A stretch of DNA of 44,940 bases from a virus. The DNA is taken from the IMG/VR virus record IMGVR_UViG_3300048836_000035. One strand, 5' to 3'. Made by a program: the position numbers and the translations under genes. Below the pieces are notes generated by a model, which was not told the DNA's origin, searched no databases, and saw only the letters and a list, made by a program, of their open reading frames with translations. This document shows positions 16,851 through 25,459 of this stretch, piece after piece (position 1 is the first letter of the stretch; the number at the start of each line of letters is the position of its first letter).

Positions 16851-17448
16851 AGCCTCCCTCCTCTGCCAGTTCCAGCCAGCTACCGAGGAAGGCAGACCGC
16901 GCTGTGCTAGGCGTCATGTAGTACAGGTTGCCACGTCCCTCCTCGATGAGCCTCATGGCTCGGGGACGGAAGTCACCCGGATCAAGGAAGCACTCGCCGC
17001 CGTCGGGCAGCAGGTGGTACGCCTCGATGAACAGGGCCAGCCAGTCCGCGTCCTTCACCAGACCAGTCTTGTCAGACGGCAGGCCCGCCCACTCCCGCAG
17101 CTTCGCGTCCAGCTTGGCGTCAATGGCTTTCCAGTCAGGAAGGAACTGCTTGAACGGGGCAGGGACGTCACTAAGGTACGCCTCGGTCGCGTCGTGCAGG
17201 AGCGCCTCCAAGCACTGCTGCTGGTTCCCGCCCATGTGGTAGACCAGCGCGCTGACAAGCAGGCTGTGTTCCGCCACCGAGTAGAACTGTTTGACGTGGC
17301 CGTTGAAGCGGCAGTTCATGCTTAGCGCATGGGCGATATCCTCAGGCCGGAAGTCCGGCTCGTCCAGATTGAAGTGGGCTCCGCTTGAGGTTTCGACAAA
17401 CCCCACGCCCATCTTCTTGTAGAACTCCTGTGATTCAGGTGCTTGCAT
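16813..17448 (-). CDS. HD-domain phosphohydrolase (YfbR-type 5'-deoxynucleotidase-like)
   Basis: SVAEHS...ALLHDATEAYLSDVP matches the HD motif arrangement. Confidence 0.75.
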   Translation of the reverse strand: MQAPESQEFYKKMGVGFVETSSGAHFNLDEPDFRPEDIAHALSMNCRFNGHVKQFYSVAEHSLLVSALVYHMGGNQQQCLEALLHDATEAYLSDVPAPFKQFLPDWKAIDAKLDAKLREWAGLPSDKTGLVKDADWLALFIEAYHLLPDGGECFLDPGDFRPRAMRLIEEGRGNLYYMTPSTARSAFLGSWLELAEEGGYDNSGVARQGVA

Positions 17449-18295
17449 TCGGATCCCTCGGTGGACTCCACCATTCGTTCGGCTCCAGCCGCATCCAGAG
17501 CAGGTGTGCGTTCTCTAGCAGTACCTCGTCAGCCTCGGCATCCCCGAAGGCTCGACGGTACAGGTCGCGCACGGTTGTGTACATTCCCCACTCGTCCTTG
17601 ACGTCAGCTAGCGCCTTGGCCGCCTTGGCTGGCCCCATCCCCTTGATGCCGGGGATGTTGTCAGTCGGGTCGCCCTTGATCAGCTGCTCGTAGAACTTGC
17701 GGGTGCATTCCTCTGGTTCCATGTAGTACCGCTCGTCCTTCACGAAGTTGTAGTGAAGGCCCGGTACCATGTCTAGGTCCTTGTCGATGGTGCAGATCAC
17801 GCTGCTCATCGGGTCGCGCAGCCACATGGCGTAGTGGGCCGTAGCGATATCGTCGTCAGCCTCTTGGCCGTCGGACGTCACCACGTTGTACTCTCTACGC
17901 ATCATGGCCTTGATTGCCGCAGCGTGGACAGGCTTGTGGGCCTCGTCCCTGTTGCCCTTGTACGGCATCAGGGTGGCCCGGCCTAGCCGGAAGTTCGTAG
18001 GGCCGGAGAGATAGAGGACGAGATCATCCGCCTCCATCTTCTCCCCGACCGTCCGAATGATCGACCGCGCATTGAACAGCGCGTGCTCGACCGGCTCCGC
18101 CACACGACGGGACGAGATCAGGACATTCAGGTGACTCAACCCTTCCTGCTCCATGAACGCGTCCAAGTCCTTGCGAGATTCAAACTCCCGCATCAACTCC
18201 GTGCCATCGACAGTCCACACCAGATCCCAGTACGTATGCTCAGCGGCGAATCCCGCCCTGTAAACGATCACGTCTGCGTCTAGGTGTGCGCGCAT
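17435..18295 (-). CDS. 5'-3' exonuclease / flap endonuclease
   Basis: PIN-like N-terminal domain (DADVIVYRAG, YKGNR, DGQEADDDIA, IDKDL) and an H3TH region (GDPTDNIPGIKGMGPAKAAK). Confidence 0.85.
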   Translation of the reverse strand: MRAHLDADVIVYRAGFAAEHTYWDLVWTVDGTELMREFESRKDLDAFMEQEGLSHLNVLISSRRVAEPVEHALFNARSIIRTVGEKMEADDLVLYLSGPTNFRLGRATLMPYKGNRDEAHKPVHAAAIKAMMRREYNVVTSDGQEADDDIATAHYAMWLRDPMSSVICTIDKDLDMVPGLHYNFVKDERYYMEPEECTRKFYEQLIKGDPTDNIPGIKGMGPAKAAKALADVKDEWGMYTTVRDLYRRAFGDAEADEVLLENAHLLWMRLEPNEWWSPPRDPNAST

Positions 18296-18296
18296 A

Positions 18297-18614
18297 TCAG
18301 TTCAGCACGCTGTCCGCTGCTGCCTTCGGCGCTGGCGTCTTGCCCTCGTCGTCACGCCACTCCCACGGCTTCGTCTTCATGGCGTGAGCAAGGTTCACCG
18401 CAGAGAAGATGGCCTCCGGCAGAGCCGTAGTCATGTACTCCGTGATGCCCGTCTCGATGTTGATGACCTCATAGCCACCGAGGTACGTATTGCCCTGATA
18501 GGTCAACTCGATCTCGTCGCTGATGGCGACCACGTAGTTGTCCTTCTGGAACACGCACGGCATACCGAGGGACTCGCCGTCGGCGTCAACCACTTCTGTC
18601 ACAGTATCGGTCAT
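18297..18614 (-). CDS. Hypothetical protein (105 aa)
   Basis: ORF in an operon context. Confidence 0.55.
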   Translation of the reverse strand: MTDTVTEVVDADGESLGMPCVFQKDNYVVAISDEIELTYQGNTYLGGYEVINIETGITEYMTTALPEAIFSAVNLAHAMKTKPWEWRDDEGKTPAPKAAADSVLN

Positions 18615-18619
18615 TCTTC

Positions 18620-18718
18620 TTACACTCCAAACGCATTCAGGAACAGGACGCTCAAGAGCGCCACGAGGATGATGACGGTCAGGACCGCCACGAACAGGGG
18701 GCTCAGGATCTCACGCAT
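18620..18718 (-). CDS. Micro-ORF encoding a 32-aa TM peptide
   Basis: TGATG coupling to the SSB-like gene. Sequence MREILSPLFVAVLTVIILVALLSVLFLNAFGV. Confidence 0.35.
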   Translation of the reverse strand: MREILSPLFVAVLTVIILVALLSVLFLNAFGV

Positions 18719-19305
18719 CATTCGTCTCCAAAGGGAATCTCGTCATTGAAGTCCTCGGACTCCGCCACCGGCTCAGCCTCAACCTTGCCGACACCCTTCA
18801 TGCTCTGCTCATAGTAACGAGCAGTGACTTCATCAATGGCGTCGAGGATGATCCCCAACCTAGCGCCCTTGCTAGCATTGCCAAAGACGATGGCCTCGTT
18901 AGCCAGCGCAAGACCAATGACTTGAATCGCTGCTGTACGTGACGCAGAAAGCGTGATACGAGGTTCGACAACTTCGATCTCGCGCTTCTCTTTGTCATCC
19001 CAGTACTTCGCTCTCGCATCCCAGTTCTCCTGCACCTTGCCCGACGTCTTGACTGCCGGGGCACGCGCAGCCGGGGCGGCTGCCACCTTTGTCACCGACC
19101 CTGCGACCAGAGTGCGGTTGCCGTTCTGCTCCTCGTACTCGAACTGAATCGAGTCACCCATGGAGAACGGCGGCTTGTCGGTACCGCAACGGTACCAGCC
19201 CTTGTCGCCCTCAATCTGGAACGAGTAGAGCGTGACGTTGCCGTTACGACCCTTCCAGTCCTTCGCGCTCGTGTTGCTGACAACACCCTTAGTCTGCTGA
19301 CTCAT
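18718..19305 (-). CDS. Single-stranded DNA-binding protein-like
   Basis: Start MSQQTKG follows ggaggaagc, with ATGA overlap to the polymerase stop. Has an acidic C-terminal tip (EDFNDEIPFGDE), typical of SSB tails. Lies in the replication module. Confidence 0.6.
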   Translation of the reverse strand: MSQQTKGVVSNTSAKDWKGRNGNVTLYSFQIEGDKGWYRCGTDKPPFSMGDSIQFEYEEQNGNRTLVAGSVTKVAAAPAARAPAVKTSGKVQENWDARAKYWDDKEKREIEVVEPRITLSASRTAAIQVIGLALANEAIVFGNASKGARLGIILDAIDEVTARYYEQSMKGVGKVEAEPVAESEDFNDEIPFGDE

Positions 19306-21137
19306 GCTGCTTCCTCCATTCTTTCGTACTTGTGTTCTTCGCCTTGGCCCCATCGGTCCCCGACCTTCACGCCGCACCCAAGCGGGCACACAAGGTCAAT
19401 CCCGTACAGCCTATCAATCATCATCCGAGCATCGTCGATCAACGCCTGCCGTGCTAGCGTGTGGAATTCCTCCACCTTTTCGGGGTGCACTTCGGCAATG
19501 ATCGAATCGTGGATCGTGTTCACCAGCGCAATGCCGGGTCGCTCGACCATCTTCAAGCGGTGCCACATACACACCAGAGCCAGAGGTATGATCTCTGCCG
19601 TGGCGAATGCCTGCACCGGGTAGTTGCAGATCGACGTGGTGTTCGTGATGTATCCGCTCCGGTCCATCTTCGTGTCCGGCCAGTAGTAGACCAGACCCCA
19701 CTCCGTCTCCAACTTCTTCTCCATCAGCACCGTGTTGATCCACGTGCCCTGCACCGCCGCCACTCCCTTGTACCTGTCCTTGAAGGCCCGGTAGTAGGTC
19801 TGCTCCGCATCCGTGCCTGAGGACCCACCGTACAGCGGCTTGAAGGTGTGTTCCTTCGCGCCCTGCCGGTCAGTCGGCTGGCCCGCATCCGTCAGTGTCT
19901 TGGACGTAAAGGCGTGGACGTCAACCTTGGCCTGTATGTCCTCGATAGCTTGGTCATCCCGGCCCAAGTGGGCCGCAACCCGGAACTCCAGCTGCGCTCC
20001 GTCTACCTCGCCCATCAGCCAGCCATCACGCTTGGCCTTGAACATCCGCTTGTAGGAGCGGGGTAGGTTCTGGAACTGCGTCTTGTACCTAAGGCCGCTC
20101 GACGACAGGCGGTGCGTTCGGCTCTGCATCTGGTTGAACTGTGCCAGCAGTACACCATCGGCCTCGTCACAGCAGTCCTTGAACTTCCTCATGTACTTGG
20201 TCAGCTGGTTGTGTACGTCCCTGTGCTCAAGGTACAGGTCCATGAACCGCTGCTGATCCTTTGTCGTTACCTTGAGGGACGATATCTCGTCCGCTCCTGT
20301 CATCCTCCGGTTGGTTGCGGTGCGCTTCGGCCCCCACTTCCCGCCCTTCTTGACCCGGTGTTCCTCAAACCCCAGCTTGTCGTACAGGAACTCTGCTAGT
20401 TGTATCGGGGACGCAAGGTTGATACCTCCTGTCATTCGATTAAGTTCGATCACTAGCTCGTCAGCCTTCGTCGATAGCTCGTCTAGTGTCATACGTATGA
20501 CATCTGGATCTAGCTTAAGGCCCTCGCTTTCCAAGTCTGCGAGTACGGGAGTCAGCAAACAACGTGAGTAGACGACTGGCAAAAGACGTGTACCCACCAT
20601 GTCCGTAAGCTGAGCCTTCATCAATTCCGTGAGGGCGGATACGTCCCGCTGGCAGTACTTCTCCAGCCAGCTCGACGGTATGTCCCGCGTGTCTACCCCC
20701 GCCTTGATCATCTTGCTGACCAGCGATACCTTCCCGCCCAGCCCCCGGCGCTGGAGACAGGACTCCAAGGACAACTGTCCGGTCTGCCATCTGTTACCTC
20801 CTATCACGTACTCGGCTAGCATGGTGTCGTACACGAGGACCTCCGACAGGTCCACCCCGCACCGGGCCAGCCATTGTAGTTCAAACTTGGAGTTGTGTGC
20901 CACGATGAAGTCGCACATCTCTACGTCACGAACCAGATCGACCAGATCGAACTCGCTGCCCCACTCCGTCTCCATCTGGCCGTCCCACCCGAACTGCCAG
21001 CAGGCCAGCACGATGCTGTTCTCCTTGTAGATCGCTAGCCCCTTCTCATGGGTGGTAGTCTCGAAGTCAAGGAACAGAGGGATGCCCAGCCGGTACACAG
21101 AGGGATCTGGGTGGGCTACGAAGTCAGGTAGGCTCAC
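19302..21137 (-). CDS. Family A DNA polymerase with 3'-5' exonuclease domain
   Basis: Exo motifs FLDFETT, NSKFELQWL and YCQRDV. Pol motifs DGAQLEFRVAAHL, RQGAKEHTFKPLYG and NTIHDSI. A GTG start at 21137 (gaggtgg SD, GTGA overlap) is preferred over the track's 21329. Confidence 0.9.
   Translation of the reverse strand: MSLPDFVAHPDPSVYRLGIPLFLDFETTTHEKGLAIYKENSIVLACWQFGWDGQMETEWGSEFDLVDLVRDVEMCDFIVAHNSKFELQWLARCGVDLSEVLVYDTMLAEYVIGGNRWQTGQLSLESCLQRRGLGGKVSLVSKMIKAGVDTRDIPSSWLEKYCQRDVSALTELMKAQLTDMVGTRLLPVVYSRCLLTPVLADLESEGLKLDPDVIRMTLDELSTKADELVIELNRMTGGINLASPIQLAEFLYDKLGFEEHRVKKGGKWGPKRTATNRRMTGADEISSLKVTTKDQQRFMDLYLEHRDVHNQLTKYMRKFKDCCDEADGVLLAQFNQMQSRTHRLSSSGLRYKTQFQNLPRSYKRMFKAKRDGWLMGEVDGAQLEFRVAAHLGRDDQAIEDIQAKVDVHAFTSKTLTDAGQPTDRQGAKEHTFKPLYGGSSGTDAEQTYYRAFKDRYKGVAAVQGTWINTVLMEKKLETEWGLVYYWPDTKMDRSGYITNTTSICNYPVQAFATAEIIPLALVCMWHRLKMVERPGIALVNTIHDSIIAEVHPEKVEEFHTLARQALIDDARMMIDRLYGIDLVCPLGCGVKVGDRWGQGEEHKYERMEEAA
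20487..20502. promoter_or_regulatory. Palindrome copy, 16/16, inside the DNA polymerase gene
   Basis: TGTCATACGTATGACA, read in frame as D-V-I-R-M-T-L. Confidence 0.9.
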
Positions 21138-21364
21138 CCCACCTCTACGTCGTTCTTCCAGATGGACGCCTCCTCCCAATCCGAGTGATTGCCACACCGT
21201 CTCAGGTACGCAGGGCCACCGTCCGCTGCAATGAATACCTCGTTCGACCCGTTGTACGCAGCCTTCATCTTGTCGCACGTGTGGGCACGGAAGTCGTGGC
21301 GGAACGCCGACACTACCTCTGCCCCGCAATGCTTGCAGATGATCCTGTTCAGTTCAATCGACAT
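21134..21364 (-). CDS. Small Cys/His zinc-binding protein (76 aa)
   Basis: CKHCG...H..H.C pattern. Coupled to the polymerase gene. Confidence 0.55.
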   Translation of the reverse strand: MSIELNRIICKHCGAEVVSAFRHDFRAHTCDKMKAAYNGSNEVFIAADGGPAYLRRCGNHSDWEEASIWKNDVEVG

Positions 21365-21366
21365 TG

Positions 21367-22578
21367 TTACTCGCTCCTCATTTTCGACTTGGTTGGATCC
21401 ACCAGCACGGGGAACGCAGAGTGATTGCCACCCGGCTTGTTCTTCGGCAGGCTGATCATCCTGCGCCCGAACGCCTCATCCTCGTGGCTCATCCCAATGC
21501 CCACCAGTACGTCCGCCTGAGCAGGAATGCCAGTATTGCTACTGTCAACGTCGCCCATATCAAGCACCGCTTTACCACTCGCGCTGTCTCCTGCCTGCGT
21601 CACGCTGATCATCACAGCCTTGTGCCGCTGCCCGAGGGCACGCACCTGTTGCGCTGCGATCTCCAGCTTGCGGGTGAAGTTGTCCTCCTTGCCCACCCCT
21701 AGGTTGCGCAGCTGATCGACGATCACGACGTGTGGCTTGTACTCGATCATCAGAGCCTCGATCTCTCGGGCGCTACCCGGTGCCATGCCAGCGAAGATCA
21801 CGTTGTCGTAGGCCCTCTGCCGTGCGGCCTCCGCCGCTTGGGCCGGGTTGTCCATAACCTCGTGGCGTGTCATGTCCGCCAGCCTACTCACCGTGCGCAT
21901 CACAACGTCGCCAATCGGGTCCTCATTCCCCACGTACAGGGTAGTGAGCCCCTGCTGGCAGAAGCCCGCGACTGCGTTGATTACGAACAGGGACTTCCCC
22001 ACCTCGGGTCGGGCGAACACGATCATGTGATGCCCCGGCAACAAGCCCCCGTCCAACCGCTCGTTCAACGCTCGTGGTAGCACCTTGACTAGGCCACCGG
22101 CCCTCGTACGGGCTGCTACTAAATCCGCTACCGACTGCCCCTTGCGTACGTCCCGCTCCTTCTCCTCGACTGTCTCTGCTCTTGCCCATGTGTCGTACTC
22201 CTCCAGTACTGGTCTGACTTCCTCCACCGGCTTGCCTGCTGCGAGCAGGGAGGCCAGCTTGCTGCCGGTCGCTGACCGGCGCACGGCAATGAAGTCCGTC
22301 ACCACGTTAGCAGGGCTGACGTCCGCAGCGGACAGGTCAGACACTAGCTCCGTGAACATTGCCTGATGCTTCGGGTTCGATAGCGTCCGACAGATCGCAC
22401 CCTTCAACAACTCGGGGTCTACGTGGGACGCGCCAGCGTCTCTGTCGTAGTACTCCCGCACGTGCTGCACTATGACCTTCGCCTGCTCAGTCAGGTCCGC
22501 ATCGGTCAAGTGGTTTGCTACCCGGTCGAACGCCTCTCTGCTTTTGATAAGGCTCCCTATGAGTTGGCGTTCACCCAT
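21367..22578 (-). CDS. DnaB-like replicative helicase
   Basis: DnaB N-terminal-like start, Walker A (FARPEVGKS), Walker B-like (VIVDQLRNL). 403 aa. Confidence 0.85.
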   Translation of the reverse strand: MGERQLIGSLIKSREAFDRVANHLTDADLTEQAKVIVQHVREYYDRDAGASHVDPELLKGAICRTLSNPKHQAMFTELVSDLSAADVSPANVVTDFIAVRRSATGSKLASLLAAGKPVEEVRPVLEEYDTWARAETVEEKERDVRKGQSVADLVAARTRAGGLVKVLPRALNERLDGGLLPGHHMIVFARPEVGKSLFVINAVAGFCQQGLTTLYVGNEDPIGDVVMRTVSRLADMTRHEVMDNPAQAAEAARQRAYDNVIFAGMAPGSAREIEALMIEYKPHVVIVDQLRNLGVGKEDNFTRKLEIAAQQVRALGQRHKAVMISVTQAGDSASGKAVLDMGDVDSSNTGIPAQADVLVGIGMSHEDEAFGRRMISLPKNKPGGNHSAFPVLVDPTKSKMRSE

Positions 22579-23339
22579 TCACTTACCTCAACGTCGGTCA
22601 TGTCTTTGATATCCTTCGGCAACACCAGCACACGGGAGCTACCCCTCATGCCGTACTGCCTCTGGAGCCTAAGCGCCTGCTGCGTGGCATCCGCATCAAG
22701 GGCAATCGCTAGCTCGCACCCACCCCTACGTCGGGCCTCCGTGGCTATCTCGCTCAGAGCCTCGTCGCTTGGGGTACACCCGAGCAGGGCCACAGCCTGA
22801 CGCCCGAGGTACCGCAGTCTCTCTGCCGAGGGGATATCCTCCACCACGTAGATCCGCCCGGGTTGGTATAGATGGGACTCCCTCCGGGTCCACGACTGGA
22901 ACGGCACGTCGTTGCGCAGGCGGGCCGATAGGGTCTTGGGCCTACGGTTGTCCACCGCCCGTAGCACGTAGCCTCTGAGGTCCTCCATAGGCCCGTATAC
23001 GGGAAGCGCCAACCGGTGCGTATCGTCGTCCCACAAGATACCAGACGTCGCAACAGACAGACGCCACTCGTTCACCTTGTCCATCCCGTATTCGGGGATG
23101 TACGCGTTGAACCCGCTGCAATCCCATGGCTGCCACGTCGACGGGGCGGGGCGTGTCATACGTATGACATTGCCCGTGTTGCCGATCACCCCGGCAGCGG
23201 GACAGTTGGCACGGAAGCAATGGTACAACAGCAGTCCGTTCTCCTCGGACAGCTTGATGCTCATGCTCCGCTCGCCGCTCGCCCCGCCGCCGCAGAAGGG
23301 ACAGACCATCCGTATGCTCTGCCCCGGCTCCAGCGTCAT
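22557..23339 (-). CDS. DNA primase (Zn-ribbon + TOPRIM)
   Basis: Start MTLEPGQ. Zn ribbon CPFCGGG...HCFRANC. TOPRIM motifs YVVEDIPSA and AIALDADATQ. The upstream part of the track ORF overlaps another gene. Confidence 0.8.
   Translation of the reverse strand: MTLEPGQSIRMVCPFCGGGASGERSMSIKLSEENGLLLYHCFRANCPAAGVIGNTGNVIRMTRPAPSTWQPWDCSGFNAYIPEYGMDKVNEWRLSVATSGILWDDDTHRLALPVYGPMEDLRGYVLRAVDNRRPKTLSARLRNDVPFQSWTRRESHLYQPGRIYVVEDIPSAERLRYLGRQAVALLGCTPSDEALSEIATEARRRGGCELAIALDADATQQALRLQRQYGMRGSSRVLVLPKDIKDMTDVEVSEWVNANS
23154..23169. promoter_or_regulatory. Palindrome copy, 16/16, inside the primase gene just after the Zn ribbon
   Basis: Read in frame as N-V-I-R-M-T-R. Confidence 0.9.
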
Positions 23340-23343
23340 GCCC

Positions 23344-23541
23344 TCAGCTGCTATTGCGGCTCTGCTCACGCGCTCTCTCCTTCGCTTCCAGCTTTTCCCA
23401 GCAGTCGAAGCATTCCCACCGGTCTCCTTCTTCGACAACCATCTTGTCCGACCCGAACGTGCGGTGGCAGCAGTCACACTCCACCGGCCACGGCTCGATC
23501 GGACTGCACAGATGGTCGTCCAGCCAGTCACCTGCGCTCAC
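23344..23541 (-). CDS. Small Cys-rich zinc-ribbon protein (65 aa)
   Basis: CDCCH...CFDC pattern. GTG start with GTGA coupling. Confidence 0.5.
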   Translation of the reverse strand: MSAGDWLDDHLCSPIEPWPVECDCCHRTFGSDKMVVEEGDRWECFDCWEKLEAKERAREQSRNSS

Positions 23542-23687
23542 CGCAGAATGTCCCGCATCATGGCTCCAATGGCGAACATACTGACCACGATGCTTGCCAG
23601 CGCCAGCCCGGTCGAGTCAAGGATCTGACTGGTGAGGTACATGGCCACCCCTATGAACGACGCTGTTAAGGGCCACGGTAGGCGCAT
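23538..23687 (-). CDS. Small membrane protein (49 aa, below track cutoff)
   Basis: TGATG coupling upstream and GTGA coupling downstream. Two hydrophobic segments. Confidence 0.4.
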   Translation of the reverse strand: MRLPWPLTASFIGVAMYLTSQILDSTGLALASIVVSMFAIGAMMRDILR

Positions 23688-23908
23688 CACGAGAACGTCT
23701 GGCGAGACTTGCGACCACGTGGGTCACGCGGCTTGGTCGCCGCCGTCATCGGGTCCAGCCCCTTCTTGATGCGACCGAGGAACGCGTGGTACGTGATCTG
23801 CGGGTTCAGGTCACGGTACATCTCAGCGATGCTACCCCACTTGTCCGACTGGATGTTGGCGTTCGGCTTACGCTGCGTCAACTTGATGTTGCTGTAGTCA
23901 TCGCTCAT
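23687..23908 (-). CDS. Small HTH DNA-binding protein (NUMOD1-like pattern)
   Basis: KWGSIAEMYRDLNPQITYHAFLGRIKKG resembles a NUMOD1-type helix-turn-helix. Basic C-terminal tail. Confidence 0.45.
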   Translation of the reverse strand: MSDDYSNIKLTQRKPNANIQSDKWGSIAEMYRDLNPQITYHAFLGRIKKGLDPMTAATKPRDPRGRKSRQTFS

Positions 23909-24132
23909 AGCTTACCTTCCCGGAGCATCTGGCTCCACTCTGCTTCGTCGTTGGCCTGAGCTTCGGGGGTCAGGTATCCCCATCCATCGTCCGTGTCTGG
24001 GCTGTCCGAGTCTGACGCGCAGTAGTCTGCGTACGCGAGTAGACCCTCAACCTTTCTTCCAGCTTCCGAAAGTCCTTCCCCTTCCGCGTAGTCCATCGGA
24101 CGTAGCCCCTTACAGAATTCTTCATAAGTCAT
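23905..24132 (-). CDS. Small highly acidic protein (75 aa)
   Basis: SD aggaga 6 nt upstream. D/E-rich (DSDSPDTDDGWGYLTPEAQANDEAEW). Confidence 0.6.
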   Translation of the reverse strand: MTYEEFCKGLRPMDYAEGEGLSEAGRKVEGLLAYADYCASDSDSPDTDDGWGYLTPEAQANDEAEWSQMLREGKL

Positions 24133-24144
24133 CCAGTTCTCCTA

Positions 24145-24160
24145 TGTCATACGTATGACG
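24145..24160. promoter_or_regulatory. Palindrome copy, 15/16, 12 nt upstream of ATG 24132
   Basis: The - strand reads CGTCATACGTATGACA-taggagaactgg-ATG. Confidence 0.9.
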
Positions 24161-24270
24161 TATGGTCCGGCACGCCACCGTGCCATGACCCGCCGTCCGC
24201 CCCGGCCTGCCCAACAGGTCCGGGGCTACCGGGTTGAGGGACTCGGGTACGTTCACCCTCGTCCCCCGTA

Positions 24271-24309
24271 CTATACTTAGTATAGACCATTTTTCCCGGA
24301 TTTTATGCA
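24271..24309 (-). promoter_or_regulatory. 39-bp bipartite promoter-like element, copy A
   Basis: The - strand reads TGCATAA-N14-GGTCTATACTAAGTATAG. Lies between the sigma-like gene stop (24330) and the replication module. Confidence 0.6.
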
Positions 24310-24329
24310 CGGTGTTAAAAAGAAAGTTA

Positions 24330-25112
24330 CTACGCGCCCTTTACAAGGGCCTCGCGTAGGGCCAGTCCCACGTCACGCACCTTGCGGGACACCGTGGACT
24401 GGTCCATATCGTGCGTCTCGGCAATCTCTGCCTGCGTTTTCTCCTGTACCACAACAGCGTGGTAGATGCTCCACGCTTCCTGTCCGCAGGCCTCGACTGC
24501 CACTCTCTCCAAGAACTCTCGCAGATTCTCTGACACTACATCACTCTCCGGTGTTGCCAATGTTACCGACGTCAGGTACGCGTGAGGCACGTACCCGTTC
24601 CCCATCATCGCAGCCTCAAGCTGCACCAACGGCTCCTCGATTTCCTCCTCGTCACCTGAGTACGGGTCCTCCCCCGGCAGGTCCAAGTTCGCCTCCATGA
24701 TCTCGGGCAGGTGTCCCCGCCCGTCCTTCACCCGCTGCACGTGCATCCACAGACTCCGGTTGAACATGGCCATGAGCGAGGCCACCTGCTCAGGCACCCG
24801 CGTCACGTAGTCCTGCACGTACATCAGGGCGTCCGTTGCCACGTTCGCTGCTTCCTCGTAGTCCATGCCACCCCGTGATGCGCGGGCAACCATGACCTTC
24901 CAGACCAGCGCCCAGACGATGTGCCGAGCCGCGTCATCCCCGGCTACGAACCGGTCCTGATAGGCCCGTACCTTCTTCTCCAGAGCGGACACCCCCTCGT
25001 CGTCCGTGTGCTGCACCCCCGTGGCTCGTAGCTCCATCATGCCCGCCACCCACGTCTTGTGGATCTCGGCACTCTTGGCCTTGTAGTAGTTCTCGTACGT
25101 TCGCTCACTCAT
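24330..25112 (-). CDS. Sigma-70-family (ECF-like) sigma factor candidate
   Basis: Region-2-like IVWALVWKVMVARASRGGMDYEEAANVATDALMYVQDY. Region-4.2-like HTH EKTQAEIAETHDMDQSTVSRKVRDVGLALREAL. Confidence 0.6.
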   Translation of the reverse strand: MSERTYENYYKAKSAEIHKTWVAGMMELRATGVQHTDDEGVSALEKKVRAYQDRFVAGDDAARHIVWALVWKVMVARASRGGMDYEEAANVATDALMYVQDYVTRVPEQVASLMAMFNRSLWMHVQRVKDGRGHLPEIMEANLDLPGEDPYSGDEEEIEEPLVQLEAAMMGNGYVPHAYLTSVTLATPESDVVSENLREFLERVAVEACGQEAWSIYHAVVVQEKTQAEIAETHDMDQSTVSRKVRDVGLALREALVKGA

Positions 25113-25459
25113 CCTGTGATCTCCTGTCTCAGCTTAAGGCACAAGTCCCGCGCCCTCGTGGCGTCACCGTCCGAGATAGCGTGCAGGATCTCCGAGTTCA
25201 GAAGAAGCAGATCCCCGTACAGTGTGGCCCGCAAGTGCCGGAGCGCCGACTCTCTAACCTGAGCCTGCCCCTCCACCGTGGCCCCGTGCGTCACGCGGTA
25301 AGTTACCGTGACTCGCAGCTGCATCGTGTGCTCGTCCATGTACGAACTAGGCACCGACCGTACGTCGTCAAGCCGCTCAACCGTAAGGGGCTGACGCTCG
25401 AAGCCGTTGCGCACACGCACCCCGGTAGCTCCCTCAATCAAGTTGTCGAAGATGCTCAT
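25109..25459 (-). CDS. Hypothetical protein (116 aa)
   Basis: ATGA coupling on both sides. Confidence 0.55.
   Translation of the reverse strand: MSIFDNLIEGATGVRVRNGFERQPLTVERLDDVRSVPSSYMDEHTMQLRVTVTYRVTHGATVEGQAQVRESALRHLRATLYGDLLLLNSEILHAISDGDATRARDLCLKLRQEITG

Noticed and set aside
21138-21329. N-terminal extensions of the polymerase (to 21329) and primase (23340-23531) as given in the ORF track.
   Set aside because: The extensions overlap upstream small genes and translate to Arg/Gly-rich nonsense. Internal starts with SD and GTGA or close coupling (21137, 23339) coincide with where the conserved domains begin.
24122-24310. 62-aa ORF across the 24.1-24.3 kb intergenic region.
   Set aside because: It spans the promoter-like element, GC hairpins and a palindrome copy. 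It has no SD and overlaps the well-supported start at 24132.
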